This document shows, piece after piece, positions 1-10,750 of a stretch of 64,000 bases of DNA. Where the stretch lies: positions 2,232,001-2,296,000 of the forward strand of contig JANHCV010000002.1 of assembly GCA_025594325.1 (NCBI GenBank). Direction: 5' to 3'. The position numbers and the translations under genes were made by a program. The stretch comes from Blastocladiella emersonii ATCC 22665 (lineage: Eukaryota > Fungi > Blastocladiomycota). Position 1 is the stretch's first letter. Each line of letters opens with the position of its first letter. The notes below the pieces were generated by a model. The model had not been told where the DNA came from. It ran no database searches and worked only from the letters and a program-made list of their open reading frames with translations.

Positions 1-1400
1 CTGACTCCCAGGCCACCATTGCAACGGCCATCCGCGTCACGTCGTTCCTTTCCTCCTCCTCGTCTGATTCTGGCTTTCCTTCTTCCCTCAGTTCTAGCGA
101 TGCATGGTCGTTTGCAGTGGCGGCCGCGCGCGCCCGCCGTGTGACCTTTTTGCTCTCCTGGGTCCGCGGGCACGCGGGCGTTGAGGGGAATGAGATCGCC
201 AACGAGCTCGCTGCTGATGGGGCCGGTCTGGCCCAAGAGCTCGTCCTCGCTCCCCCCTTCGCCAAACAGATCCGGTTAGATGTTCAGCATGTGTTGCACT
301 TTGATGACGTTCCTGTTCCAATTCCCTCCACCGCGTTCCTCAAGTTCCTGTCCACTGCACGTTGCGAGGCCACCCTTCGCTCCAAGTCCTCTCTCCTCTC
401 CTCCCTCCTCTCCTCCCCTGACCCCGAAGAGCACCCAGACATGACCGCGACCTCCATGGCCATTGGCTCCGGCTCCCGCCCGCTTGATAAGCGCACGTCC
501 AGCGCAGCGAACCACAACATTGTCTACCGAGTGCGCCACCTGCTTGGGATCACACCCACTCGCTCACTACTGCACGCTCGCCACCCTACTCTAGTCACGT
601 CACAGGTGTGTCCTAGGTGCCGAGCAGCCGACGACGACGGAAGTCACTGGATGATCTGCACAGGTAACGCCGCGGCTGTGTCCGCTGCGCTGGGCTCTGC
701 CCAAAAGTCTGTTGAGCGCTTCGCTCGCCGCGCCGCCGCCTCTGTTGCCGCCGCAGCCGCCGCAAAACGACCACTTGAATCTTCTACTACACCACCAACA
801 CCACCACCACCACCCGCTCCGTTTTCTCCTGTCCATGGCGAGGACCTCAGCACGCCCAGCTACACCATGGTCAGCAAGTCCGTTGCTGGCGCAACGCGGT
901 CCCTTGCTTTGTTTGGCCGTCGCCTCCTCGCCTCCATCTGGCGCGACCCCGCCGCTCTGTCTCGCCTCGCCGGCTGCGTTGTACGCGCCTGCGACGTCGC
1001 CTTCGCCTCCCACTCGCTCCAACTCGACTGCGACCTTGCTTGACCCATCCTCGCAGCCATCACGTCCGTCGCCTCCCAATCCCTCTGGCGCGGCGCCTGG
1101 CTCTCTCACTCTGCTGGCTGCGCCAAGGCCAACCCACTCAATTTTTCTGAAGCTCCGCTGCGCAAGCCGCGTGAGCGGGCCCGCCGCCCATTTGGCCAGC
1201 CCATTGCCACACTCGAGTTCATCAACTGCCACCACTACTGCTCTCGCTGTCTGAGCTCGCTCCATTCCCACGTCCCCAACCCGTCTGGGCGTGAAGAAGA
1301 CCCGCCAGTGTGCCCACCGTCCACCGCGGCCCAGGCGGCTCTTGTTGCAGATCCCTCTGTCCAACTTTGGCTGCTCGGTTCCCCAAGGCACATCCAGTGA
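1..1400 (+). mobile_element. 3' part of a non-LTR retrotransposon (LINE) ORF2: RNase H plus Cys/His knuckle; runs off the left edge; in-frame TGA at 1041-1043
   Basis: Frame open from base 3: DSQATI...SWVRGHAGVEGNEIANELA (RNase H motifs), then CPRCRAADDDGSHWMIC. After the TGA the same frame stays open to 1400 (PILAAITSVASQSLWRGAW...HYCSRCLSSLH). Confidence 0.8.
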
Positions 1401-1540
1401 TGTGACTAGACCAAAGATCGGCGCAGTTGATGCAAGTCCAGCAGCACCAGGTGTTTGCGCGCAGTACTGACTCATCCACTTTCTCTCGTTCTGACAACAA
1501 TGAAACGCATGATCCGCCACTGAATGGCGCTGACGCACAG

Positions 1541-1620
1541 AAGAAAAAGAAGGAGAAAAACAAAAAGAAAAGAAACGCGAAAGAAGAACGTCCGCACAAA
1601 AAGATGGAAAAACATCTGAC
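1541..1620 (+). repeat. A/purine-rich tract, possibly the decayed 3' tail of the LINE
   Basis: aagaaaaagaaggagaaaaacaaaaagaaaagaaacgcgaaagaag about 140 bp after the extended ORF2 stop; the tail interpretation is inference. Confidence 0.35.
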
Positions 1621-2589
1621 GAACCTCACAGGCTGTGCCCAATACCACAGCACTGCCACTGGTCCATTGGCATGTCCTCGCGCTTTAGCTGGTCACGCCA
1701 GCGTGTCTCTCTGCTCGGTCTCTCTTTACTGCTCTTCGTTCGCTCTCTTAGCTCGCTGCTCAAGCTCGCTCTCTCTTCGCCTCGTTTGCCAATCTCTCTT
1801 GTACTCCCCTCTCCTCCCACAATTCTTCCCCCTATGCTCCTCGACGTGCACGGTCCGGGCTTGTCGTACTGCGGCTTGCCCACAAAAAGGCTACTGCCCG
1901 TTGCACAGTGGATATTCTGCTTGCAGTTCACAACCGCTGTTAAGGAATAAATGCATTGGTCCCAAAAAAACCATCGCGGCCAAAACTGCCCTTCGCACAT
2001 TGCCAAAAAAAAGTGGTTTGGCCAGAAATACCAGCCTCAATGATATAGTGGATATCAGCACGTTTATCTTAGTTGTCGACGTCACTCTGACGAGGTTGAA
2101 GTGTGTCTGTAGTCAAGCGTTGGACCTGGAACCCATGATTGAGACGTAAAGCGCGCGGTAAACCCTTCACTCGGAACATTATCTGGTCAAAAAGACCCGA
2201 ATCAAGAACAGCGATCTGAAGGAAAGGGCGGTCAGAGGAGTTTCCCACACAGCAGCGGACGGCAAATCGTGTGCAAGGGGTGGGAGACGTACCGGAAATC
2301 AGCGGGGTTGATTGCGTTAAACCCTTGTGTCAGGGTCTGTGTTGCTCACGGGCAACGACCTGTTGTTTTGAGACGGCGCGCTGGCTGACGCGTGGTGTGG
2401 GAGACACATCAGGCTCCGCCCACGCTGGGGCAACTCAGAACGCCCGCTCTCCATCAAACATCCTGATTATATTCACGATCAAGTTCCTCGTATAGAAGGG
2501 CAATGTAACACCATGGATCGTGTCTGAGTCCTCGCACCTGGGCTCATTGCAATCTGCGCGCTTCAATGTGTCCGCAGCGTGCATGCTGC

Positions 2590-3971
2590 TGCGGCAGAGT
2601 TCAAAATCGCTGTCAACCTGCCCTTTGACTCGCCGAGTATGACCTTGCACCTACTTTCACGCGACCATTAGAACTCGCTCACAGTTCCGCTCATTTAGGT
2701 CTTGGGAACGCGGTGTCTGGCGTGCCGACTTTCTCAACCTGATCGCGCCGTTGTTCAATGCCACCGAGCCCACGGGCAACGTAACGTTCAAGCTGATCCG
2801 CCATAGCACCAGGTACTCGAACCTTGGGAGCACGCAGGCCGAGCAGGCCGCGATCATTCGTTCCTGCGCACATGCGCTCATCACCAAGTTCTCGTTGGGC
2901 AACACGATCCCCGCCGTGCTCACCAGCGCGAGGTACAACGGGTGGGCCTGCTCAGGCTCGGCCACATCGACCCAGCTCAACAACAAAGTCAAGTACCCGA
3001 CCTTCTTCCGCACCATCGCGCCCAACAACGTGCAGGGCGTGATTCTTGCTAATTTCATGCAGCACATGGGGTGGGCGCGTGCGTGCGTCCTCACCACAAA
3101 CGATGCCTACGGTCAGGGCGGTCGGTACTCGCTTCGTCGCCTGCCCCCGTTCCGCATACTCATGAGTCTGTCTCTTGTAGTCTCGTCCGTCTTTCTATCC
3201 AACGCGCCGCAGTTTGGGATCACAGTCGCGTTGCACCAGTTCATTGACCCCCGGCCCGCAACTACTCGCTTGTTCTCAACAACATTCTGCACAGCGACAC
3301 CAACATTGGCATCATCTTCTCCAACCCCAAGGTGTTTCTACCTCTCCTTCGCCAGGCCAGGTCCGTTTCATGTCTTCCTCCACCGCAGCCCAGTACTGAC
3401 TCTCACGTATTGCCGTCTGCGTGTAGAAAACACAATCTGATTTCCGACTTGTATGTGTGGCTTGGCACTGAGTCCTGGTCCTTGTTCAAGTCGCTGTCGG
3501 GGCTCACAGACGAGGACCGCGCGAATGCCAATGGCTTGCTGTATGTGATGCCGCGCAAAGAGGCCCTCACGGCGCGGTACAACTCAAGTATCGCGCAGTG
3601 GAGCGCCGCGTACCCAGGTCGCACGCTGCCGTCCTACTCGCTCTTCTTCATGGACTGCGCGACGGCGCTCACGCGTGGCCCCGTCCGGCCCTTGCGCTAG
3701 TTTGGCGTTGACCGCGTCCTCACGCGCAACTACACAGCGTGCATCTCCGACTTTCTTGAGCCGTTCGACGGGGTATTGGGCGACGTCGTTTTTGACGCTA
3801 TTGGCAACCGCCAGTCCTATTTCTCCGTGTACAACATCCACAGCGGCGCCTCTAAGGTTGTGTACAAGATTGGGCCCGACCTGTCAATTACCAACAGGGC
3901 GCCGCCGCGCTTCTACTCAGGGACGAGCGTCGTCCCGCGCGACAGCACCATCAAGCGCGCACTATATCTTA
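2590..3971 (+). pseudogene. Venus-flytrap (ANF receptor / class C GPCR-type ligand-binding) domain gene, disrupted and truncated by the Harbinger insertion
   Basis: SGSATSTQLNNKVKYPTFFRTIAPNNVQGVILANFMQHMGW..VLTTNDAYG, YVWLGTESW, FDGVLGDVVFDAIGNR and FYSGTSVVPRD match VFT motifs. Intron 3361-3426, frameshift near 3255, in-frame TAG at 3698-3700. Confidence 0.72.
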
Positions 3972-4194
3972 GGGCCCGTTTGGTTCCGGGGTGAATCAGG
4001 TGGATCAATCGATTTTACACGGTCCGGTGTTCACCCAGCTGAAACGTGGCATTTTCACCCCGTCGCGTTCATCGCGGCGTTTGGTTTGACCCCCGGATGA
4101 ACTGAATGGAACCCTCGTCGCGGAATCGCCCGTCTGCTCGCCCCCGAAACTTTCAGGCTGTGCTTCCCGGCCTATATAAACGCTGTTTTCCTTC

Positions 4195-4570
4195 GTGGGG
4201 CAGCTCGACCGCCACCGGCGAGTACTCGCACCTCGAGCAGGACGGCAAGGAGTCTGGTGCCGTGGAAGGTGTTGATGGTCAAGACGACGCGGCCCCCGCC
4301 AGCAAGCGCAGCCGCACTTCGGACAGCAGCTCGCGTCGCCTCTCGGACTCGGAATTCCTCATGGGCATCAAGGAGGTGTTCCAGAGCGTCTCAACCGCCG
4401 ACTCCAAGCCCGTTCTGACCGCCGCACTTGAATGGGTCCAGGACGCGTACAATGACAATGAAGAGTACCAGATCGACGTCGCCACCCGCCTGACCGAGGA
4501 TCAAGCGCTTCGCGCCATGGCCGTGTCCGGACCGAAGCGCAAGCGCGTCCTCGAGTTTTTCATTCAGTAG
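4195..4570 (+). pseudogene. 3' remnant of the Harbinger Myb/SANT-like gene
   Basis: WGSSTATGEYSHLEQDGKESG...RVLEFFIQ matches the last exon of the copy 2 gene; the 5' exons are deleted. Confidence 0.8.
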
Positions 4571-4882
4571 CTCTCTCGCACATGTCCCCCTCCCTCGCGT
4601 TGCTTCCTGGCCTTGTTCTCGCCCATTTGTGTCCAATACATCTGGCTTTGTGTCCATCGTATCTTCAATCGTTACCCTTGGCTCGAAAATGACGCGACTC
4701 GTTGAGAAACGCGTGGTTCGCAAAGTGTCTCACACGTCACGTGATTGATCGACGCGTCTCCACCGATGCGTTCTGACCTCAGCGACGCGTCAAATCATCT
4801 GGAATCGCTTATCTAACGTTATAGTACTTGACAAATCAGTATATTACAGCATGCATGCGGGTACAACAATTATTTCGCGCCT

Positions 4883-6200
4883 TCAAAGACGGGTCCCACG
4901 AGCGGCCATGACGCGCCTGTACTCGGTCCAAAGAACATTTGCGACGCGGTTCCGAAGCGAGATACCGCGCTGACGAGCTCCGTCCAGCGAGGCCTCGAGG
5001 ACAGCGGCCTCGTCGTCCTCCTCGTTCTCGTCGTCCAGGGGCTCGCGCCCACGTACTGGCGCCTCACGCGCCGCGTCCCGCGCGCGCCGGAGCTCCGTCT
5101 CGGCGTCGCGAAAGAAGGCGTCGCCGCCTTGGTTCCACTTGTTGATCATGTTGTGCAGCGTGCAGAGCGCGTACACAAGCTTGACTTGAGTCTTGATTGG
5201 GTAGGCCGCGCCAATCGAGAGGACGCGGAACCGCTTCTTGAGCACGCCAAAGATATGCTCAATGGAGTTGCGGAGCGACGCGTGACGCAGATTGAAAAGC
5301 TCTTCGCTGTTCTCAACTCTACGTACGTTGGTGAAGCAGATGAGATGGCGCCAACGTGATGGTCATGGCAGTGAGAACGTACCCATCCTTGCCGCGGGCA
5401 AACTCGCGAAGATGATAGCGGGTACCGCTGAAGGGCACGATGATGGACGTGCGGTTTGCGTAGCCGCCGTCGGCGAGGTAGAAGCGGCCGGCGGGGATCT
5501 TGAACCCACGGGCGAAGGCGTCCGAGAGCACGCGCGAGTCGTGCGCCTTGCCCTCCCACCCTGCGAGAACGTAGGTGAAGTTCAAGTCAAAGTCGCAGGC
5601 AGCGAGGACATTTGAGGAGATGGTCCCCTTGCGGTTTCGGAACGAGTCGTGAAGCTTGGCGGGCACAACAAACGGGATGTGCGTTCCGTCAAGCGCGCCG
5701 ACCGCGTTCTGGAACGGAGCGTATTTCGGGTCGTGGGCGATGCGCTCATGCACGGGCGTAGAATCGGACGGCTGGACAATGAACTCGGGCATCAGGCGGT
5801 ACAGAGCGTCGAGCACCTGCTTCAGAACCCTGGACGCGGTCTCGCCAGAGATTTGGAACCGCTCCCTGAGGTTGCGGTTGGTGCTGCCCTCGCCGGCCAT
5901 GACAAGAAAAACCATGAAGCGCGCCTCGACGGACAGCTCGCGGCCGTCGGTGAGAAGTCCACGGTCGCGGAACAGGCGGCAGATGGCCTTGAAGGTCTCG
6001 CGGGGCATACGGGCGATTTCCGAGAAACGCGTTTCGCTGTTACACGTCAGCAGCTCTTGAACCCACGACTCGCCGGAAAGCGTGGACGTGCGGATAGGCT
6101 CCCGCGAGCGGCGCTCGTTGCGAGCAGCGAGACGTCGCAGGAGAGCGAGGGCGGCCGTGAGCATGAGGCCGCGCAGCTTGCGGTTGTATCCCTTGCCCAT
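4883..6200 (-). CDS. Harbinger/PIF DDE transposase, join(6200..5383,5318..4883), 417 aa
   Basis: ALDGTHIP, WEGKAHDSRV, YLADGGY. Splicing the 64-nt GTACGT..AG intron restores ELFNLRHASLRNSIEHIFGVLKKRF. Confidence 0.92.
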
Positions 6201-7857
6201 GTTGTTTGAGGGCTCGAGAACACGATGCGTGAGGTTAGGTGTTGATTCGTTGCAATAAGTGCGGCTGCAAAGAGGTGGGAAAGATTTTATTGCGGGGAGG
6301 GGGAGGGGCGTTCATCCAGCGGGGCGTTTGGTTCGCACGGCCGCTGAGATGAACGGGGGTGAGGTGAAACGTGGCAACTTTTTCAGCTGATCCACCTGAT
6401 CTGAACCAAACGGACCCTAAATCGGGACGTTCAGGTCCCCTCCTCAGCGTCCCAGGGCAGCTGAAACCGGCCGGGTTTGCCCGCTGCACGGACACGTGAC
6501 CTATCACCTGAATTAGACGCGTTTTTGTCTCGCACCCACCAACGCGTCTGTCTCGCGCGCTTCCTTCAGCGCCGAGTGATCGCCGACCAGAACTCATGCG
6601 TTATAACGTTGAAATGCAAAGCGTGGAGCCAGAGTGCGTGCGCCGCGTGGACTTGCACGCGGTGCGGCGGCGGGGCTGTGCTCCAGCGCACACTACTCCA
6701 AACACGCGCGCTACTGCGGAAGCCTTGCGCAGTCATGAACGAGGGCCAGTCATTCGTCGTGGCCGTACGAAAGCACCGCGGGTTGTCCGGTTTGGGAATC
6801 GCCCACGACCTACTTTGGGATGAGGTGGTCGCATGGTTCAAGGCGTAGGACATAAAGTAGCAACGCGGACGTGCTTTCAGCACGGCTTACACCATGTCGC
6901 GAACTGGATCATGCGGCGAGCGAAGTGGAGAGCGATCACACCGACGGCAGGGCTGAGCAGGTAAGCGAGGTTTGGCGACTAGTCAAGCGAGCGAGGCGAC
7001 GCGAATGCACGTCCAATGGCTGACGAGCGAGGCCGTAGACTTGAGCGGCTGGTCAGGCGGCAAGGTCGGCAAGCCGAGAAGTTCAACGCGCGGGAAGGGG
7101 GCGCGGAAGGCGGCGAACGAGCACAACAGCGGCGACGGGGTTGAAGATTATGGTGTGACGAGGGACCGCGAGTGCAAGGATGTTGCAAGCGAGAGCGCTG
7201 CGGGTGTGAGGTGCCCACGACGTAGGGGAGAAGTACGGAGGTGGGTGCGGCGACGGCTACTACGGCAGCGTACAAGTAGCTGCCGCTCATGGCACGAGGC
7301 GTACGAGCAGGGGCGCAGCGTGAGAGCGGGAGGAGAGTGAGGCCGACTGCGAGCCCTGCTGCAGTTGCTGGGGAAAGAGGAGGAGGCGACGACAAGGATG
7401 AGGGCGAAGATGGGGATGAGCGCAAGAGCACGGTACGCGTCCGCGGCGGCAAGCGAGAAGGCACACGGTGAATCGTGCGAGGGGCGGGGGCGGATGCGTG
7501 CGGCCTGCGACGATCGAGAGCGAGGCCGGTCAGGCAGCACTGCCAGCCGCTGGGTGCTGCGCGGGACGAGTCTGATGCGGGTGCGTAATGCAGAGGAGAG
7601 AGAGAGCGGTCTGCGACAAGAACTTATATGGGCGCGAGCTCCCCCACGTGGCGAAGAGCGTCAGCCCGTGCTGCCTCGTGGGTGAGCGCCCGAGGAGCTG
7701 GGGCCAATCAGAGAGCTCGGGCGACGCCGCGTCACGTGCGTACGCGTATTCTTAGTAACGAGCCCTGGGACGTCGGTTTGGCTAGCCTGGACTCCCCCAT
7801 TTAGTCCCCCTGCCCAAACGACCAACTCACACTGCACTCGCGCGCGTCCCCCTCTAG

Positions 7858-8659
7858 GCCGAGTACATCTTCATGCAGGTCTCGATGCGGTACGTCGAGG
7901 CAACTTTCGGCAGCGTGACGTGCCTGCCGGGCGCGCTGACCATGATCAAGTACAACACCATGCACGAGCTCGCCAAGATCTACTTCCACCAGCCCGACGT
8001 CGACTCGACCTTTGAGTTCTGCCGCCGCAAGCTCGGCGAGAACCGGTTCCTGACGCACCTCGCCATGGAGTACCTGCCCGCGTACTCGATCAGCTTCGTG
8101 CCCGATGCCGTGTCCAAGACCGAGGCGCCCAACATCTTCTACGACCTGCTCCGCCAGCGGCGGCGCTGGCTCCTCGGCTCGCTGACCAACGAGCTGCACA
8201 TGGTGACCACACCCAGCTTCCTCACCAAGTACCCGGCGCTCATCGCGCTGCGCATCACATCCATGCTGCGGCTCGGTGGCACCTGTTTCTACCTTCTTTT
8301 GGACTACCGCAGTCGTCACGCTCATCGAATCGCCCGACCAGGCCAACGCCGTCGACGTGATCCTGCTCATCGGCGTGCCTGGCATGTTCTTCGTCCTGCT
8401 CGCCATCTGGTCGCTGTGGCAGCGCCGCGCCAAGTTGCTCGTCTTCTTCTTCGCCTTCCTCATCACCAACCAGATACTCGAGATGCTCTACTACTGCTAC
8501 ACGGCGTGGACCATGAACGAGCGCACGTGGGGCGGGCCGCGCGCCGATGGCGGTGCAGCGGACGAGGCGGACGACGAGGACGAGGATGACCTCGGCAGCT
8601 CGCCAGCACCGGTTCCTGCGTACGGTGTCCGCGGCGCGGCCCCGGCTGTCGCTGCGTAG
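7858..8659 (+). pseudogene. C-terminal chitin synthase fragment (5'-truncated, frameshifted, EDR changed to ENR)
   Basis: FGSVTCLPG, LGENRFLT, QRRRW, then TM segments and WTMNERTWG after a frameshift near 8275. Begins at an AG acceptor with no recognisable upstream exon. Confidence 0.8.
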
Positions 8660-9314
8660 GCGTGATTCGGGGCTCGCTTGGCTCCCGCCGTCCAACGGCT
8701 CCAGACGCGGGAATCGACTATTATTGGGGTCTCCCTTAGGTTGCGCTCGCACAAATATAACCCTTATGCGTGTATCTGACTTGTCTCACTGTTTTCAAAC
8801 GAGCGCGTGCGAGGACTTTCGCGTTCGCAACCTCGGGAGTCCACAGGAGACGCGTCGCGAAATCACGTTTGTCTCGCACTTCCGTCACGTGTTTGTCTCA
8901 CGTCTCTTTCACCGCGCCCCTCCGCGCGCCGCGCCGCTCACTCCCGCTATCATGAACGACAGTCGCATCGACTAGCATCTCTCAGGCTAGAACAGTAACG
9001 ACATCAGCGTTGATGGTCATGGGCAGGCCATGGTCGACAGTGGCTTGCTCCGCGCGCGTGGCGACACTTGCTGAACACGGCGTCGACCGTGGCCGCCTTC
9101 TTAAACACTTTCGGGGCGAGGACGAGAAGTGAGGCGTGGTCGAGAAGCTTGCGCCGAAGGCACCAGATTCGTGTGGGCGTCGCTTGCGGCGGAGATGTTT
9201 CAGTGACTCGGCGGCAGAGACGCCCTGAAAACTCCGAACGCCCACTTGACCATTTCCTCTCTCTCGCAGTAGACCTCCCCACAAGAACGCTGATGAAAAT
9301 CTCGATGCAACGCC

Positions 9315-10634
9315 ATGAGTGAACTTCCTGCAACGATGAAGAGACTCCCTATCGAGCTCATCGAGCACGTCCTCATCCTCACCGTCCGCAAGGAGTCGTG
9401 GGGGTTCAACCCGCTGCCGTACCTTCGCGTCGCACCGGGCATGACCAAGCTCCGCCGCGTCGTCTTCAACCTGAACTTCACTCCCAGCTTCAACGCGGCT
9501 GCCCTGGCCGCGAACCTGCCGCTGCTCAAGGAGTACGTCAAGTACCGCGACCCCAAGAACAAGTTTTTCGTCGACACAAGTGCTCTCTGCGACGTGTGTC
9601 GCAAAGGCCGCGTCGATGTTCTCGAGTGGTGGCTATCGTCGGGCATCCCGTTTCCCAAGTGCTCGCTCTACTTTGAGACCGAGCACGTCGCCGTGCTTGA
9701 CTTTTGGCGCCGGTCGGGCCTCGACTTGGAGTACGACGAAGGCTCCGTCGACACGGCCGCCGAGCGCGGCTGGATCCACGTCTTGGAGTGGTGGCGGACG
9801 AGCGGGCTCGAGTTCAAGTACTCGCACAGCGCCATCGACTACGCCGTCGCCAACCAGCGCATGGACGTGCTCGAGTGGTTTGCCTCGCACAGGATGGAGC
9901 TCAAGCACAACATGGCCTTCTACTACGCGTCGAACTGGGGCCGCGTGCACATACTCGACTGGTTCAAGGCGCACGGTGTGGTAATGGACCCGGCCAAGAT
10001 CGAGGGCGAGCTTCGTTCCATCAAGGCGGTTGCCCTTGACTGGTGGCGGCGCGAGTGTCCCGAGTGGTTCGATGGATTGCCGTGGGGCGTCATGATCGTG
10101 GACGCCACGTCCGACGACGATCCCAGCCGGCTCCAGTGGATCGCCGACAGTCTCGTCCCAGTTGACGACCCGCGCTGGTGCACCACGCCGTCGCTGCTTG
10201 ACGTGACGTGTGAGCGCGGCGAGGTCTCCGTTCTCGACTGGCTCGCGGCCAACCTGCCGCCCGCCGCGCTCACGTACACCGAGATCGCGATTGACAACGT
10301 GTCGCCGTGGCGCACCAAGCTTCCTGTGCTGGAGTGGATGCACCGCACTGGCCGCGAGCTCAAGTACACGGACGCGGCGCTCGAGTGCTTTTCGATGTAC
10401 GGTCGAGTCGAGTGCCTCCAATGGCTCATGAACCACGGCTACGAGATCAAGTACAAGCCCGGCATCGGCAGCCGCGCCATCATGCGCGGGCAGAAGAAGG
10501 TCGCCGAGTGGTGGCGGTCGACGGGGCTGCCCAACTGCTTCCTTGCAGACGAGCAGATCAAGTACGGGTCGGAAAGCACGTGGATGTGGGCCCAGGATAC
10601 GGGCTTTGATGTTGGTTACGCTCTGAGCGGTTGA
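9315..10634 (+). CDS. F-box-like N-terminus plus degenerate ankyrin-like repeats, intronless, 439 aa
   Basis: KRLPIELIEHVL; repeated units such as VLEWWRTSGLEFKYSHSAIDYA, VLDWL and CLQWL. Confidence 0.75.
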   Translation: MSELPATMKRLPIELIEHVLILTVRKESWGFNPLPYLRVAPGMTKLRRVVFNLNFTPSFNAAALAANLPLLKEYVKYRDPKNKFFVDTSALCDVCRKGRVDVLEWWLSSGIPFPKCSLYFETEHVAVLDFWRRSGLDLEYDEGSVDTAAERGWIHVLEWWRTSGLEFKYSHSAIDYAVANQRMDVLEWFASHRMELKHNMAFYYASNWGRVHILDWFKAHGVVMDPAKIEGELRSIKAVALDWWRRECPEWFDGLPWGVMIVDATSDDDPSRLQWIADSLVPVDDPRWCTTPSLLDVTCERGEVSVLDWLAANLPPAALTYTEIAIDNVSPWRTKLPVLEWMHRTGRELKYTDAALECFSMYGRVECLQWLMNHGYEIKYKPGIGSRAIMRGQKKVAEWWRSTGLPNCFLADEQIKYGSESTWMWAQDTGFDVGYALSG

Positions 10635-10750
10635 GTAGCAGGTTCTTTATAGACACCTTTCAATACTGTTATCCTTCTGGCAAGCCGGACGCTCAATAAA
10701 TCACTCGAGCAAGTCGTCGCGCTGCTCCCACGCTCCCCATCACCGTCACA

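Larger units (their letters stand above)
3972..6417. mobile_element. PIF/Harbinger DNA transposon copy 1 (2446 bp, internally deleted)
   Basis: Termini GGGCCCGTTTGGTTC ... GAACCAAACGGACCC; flanks TTA (3969-3971) and TAA (6418-6420); near-identical to 42743-45994 except about 0.8 kb missing at about 4195. Confidence 0.92.

Noticed and set aside
1427-2149. 240-aa ORF with a Lys-rich run
   Set aside because: It derives from A-rich and CT-rich low-complexity sequence after the LINE and has no coding-like bias.
6421-7750. Possible minus-strand membrane protein (LALIPIFALILVVA) or retroelement remnant
   Set aside because: I could not assemble a consistent spliced frame or any family motif; left unresolved.
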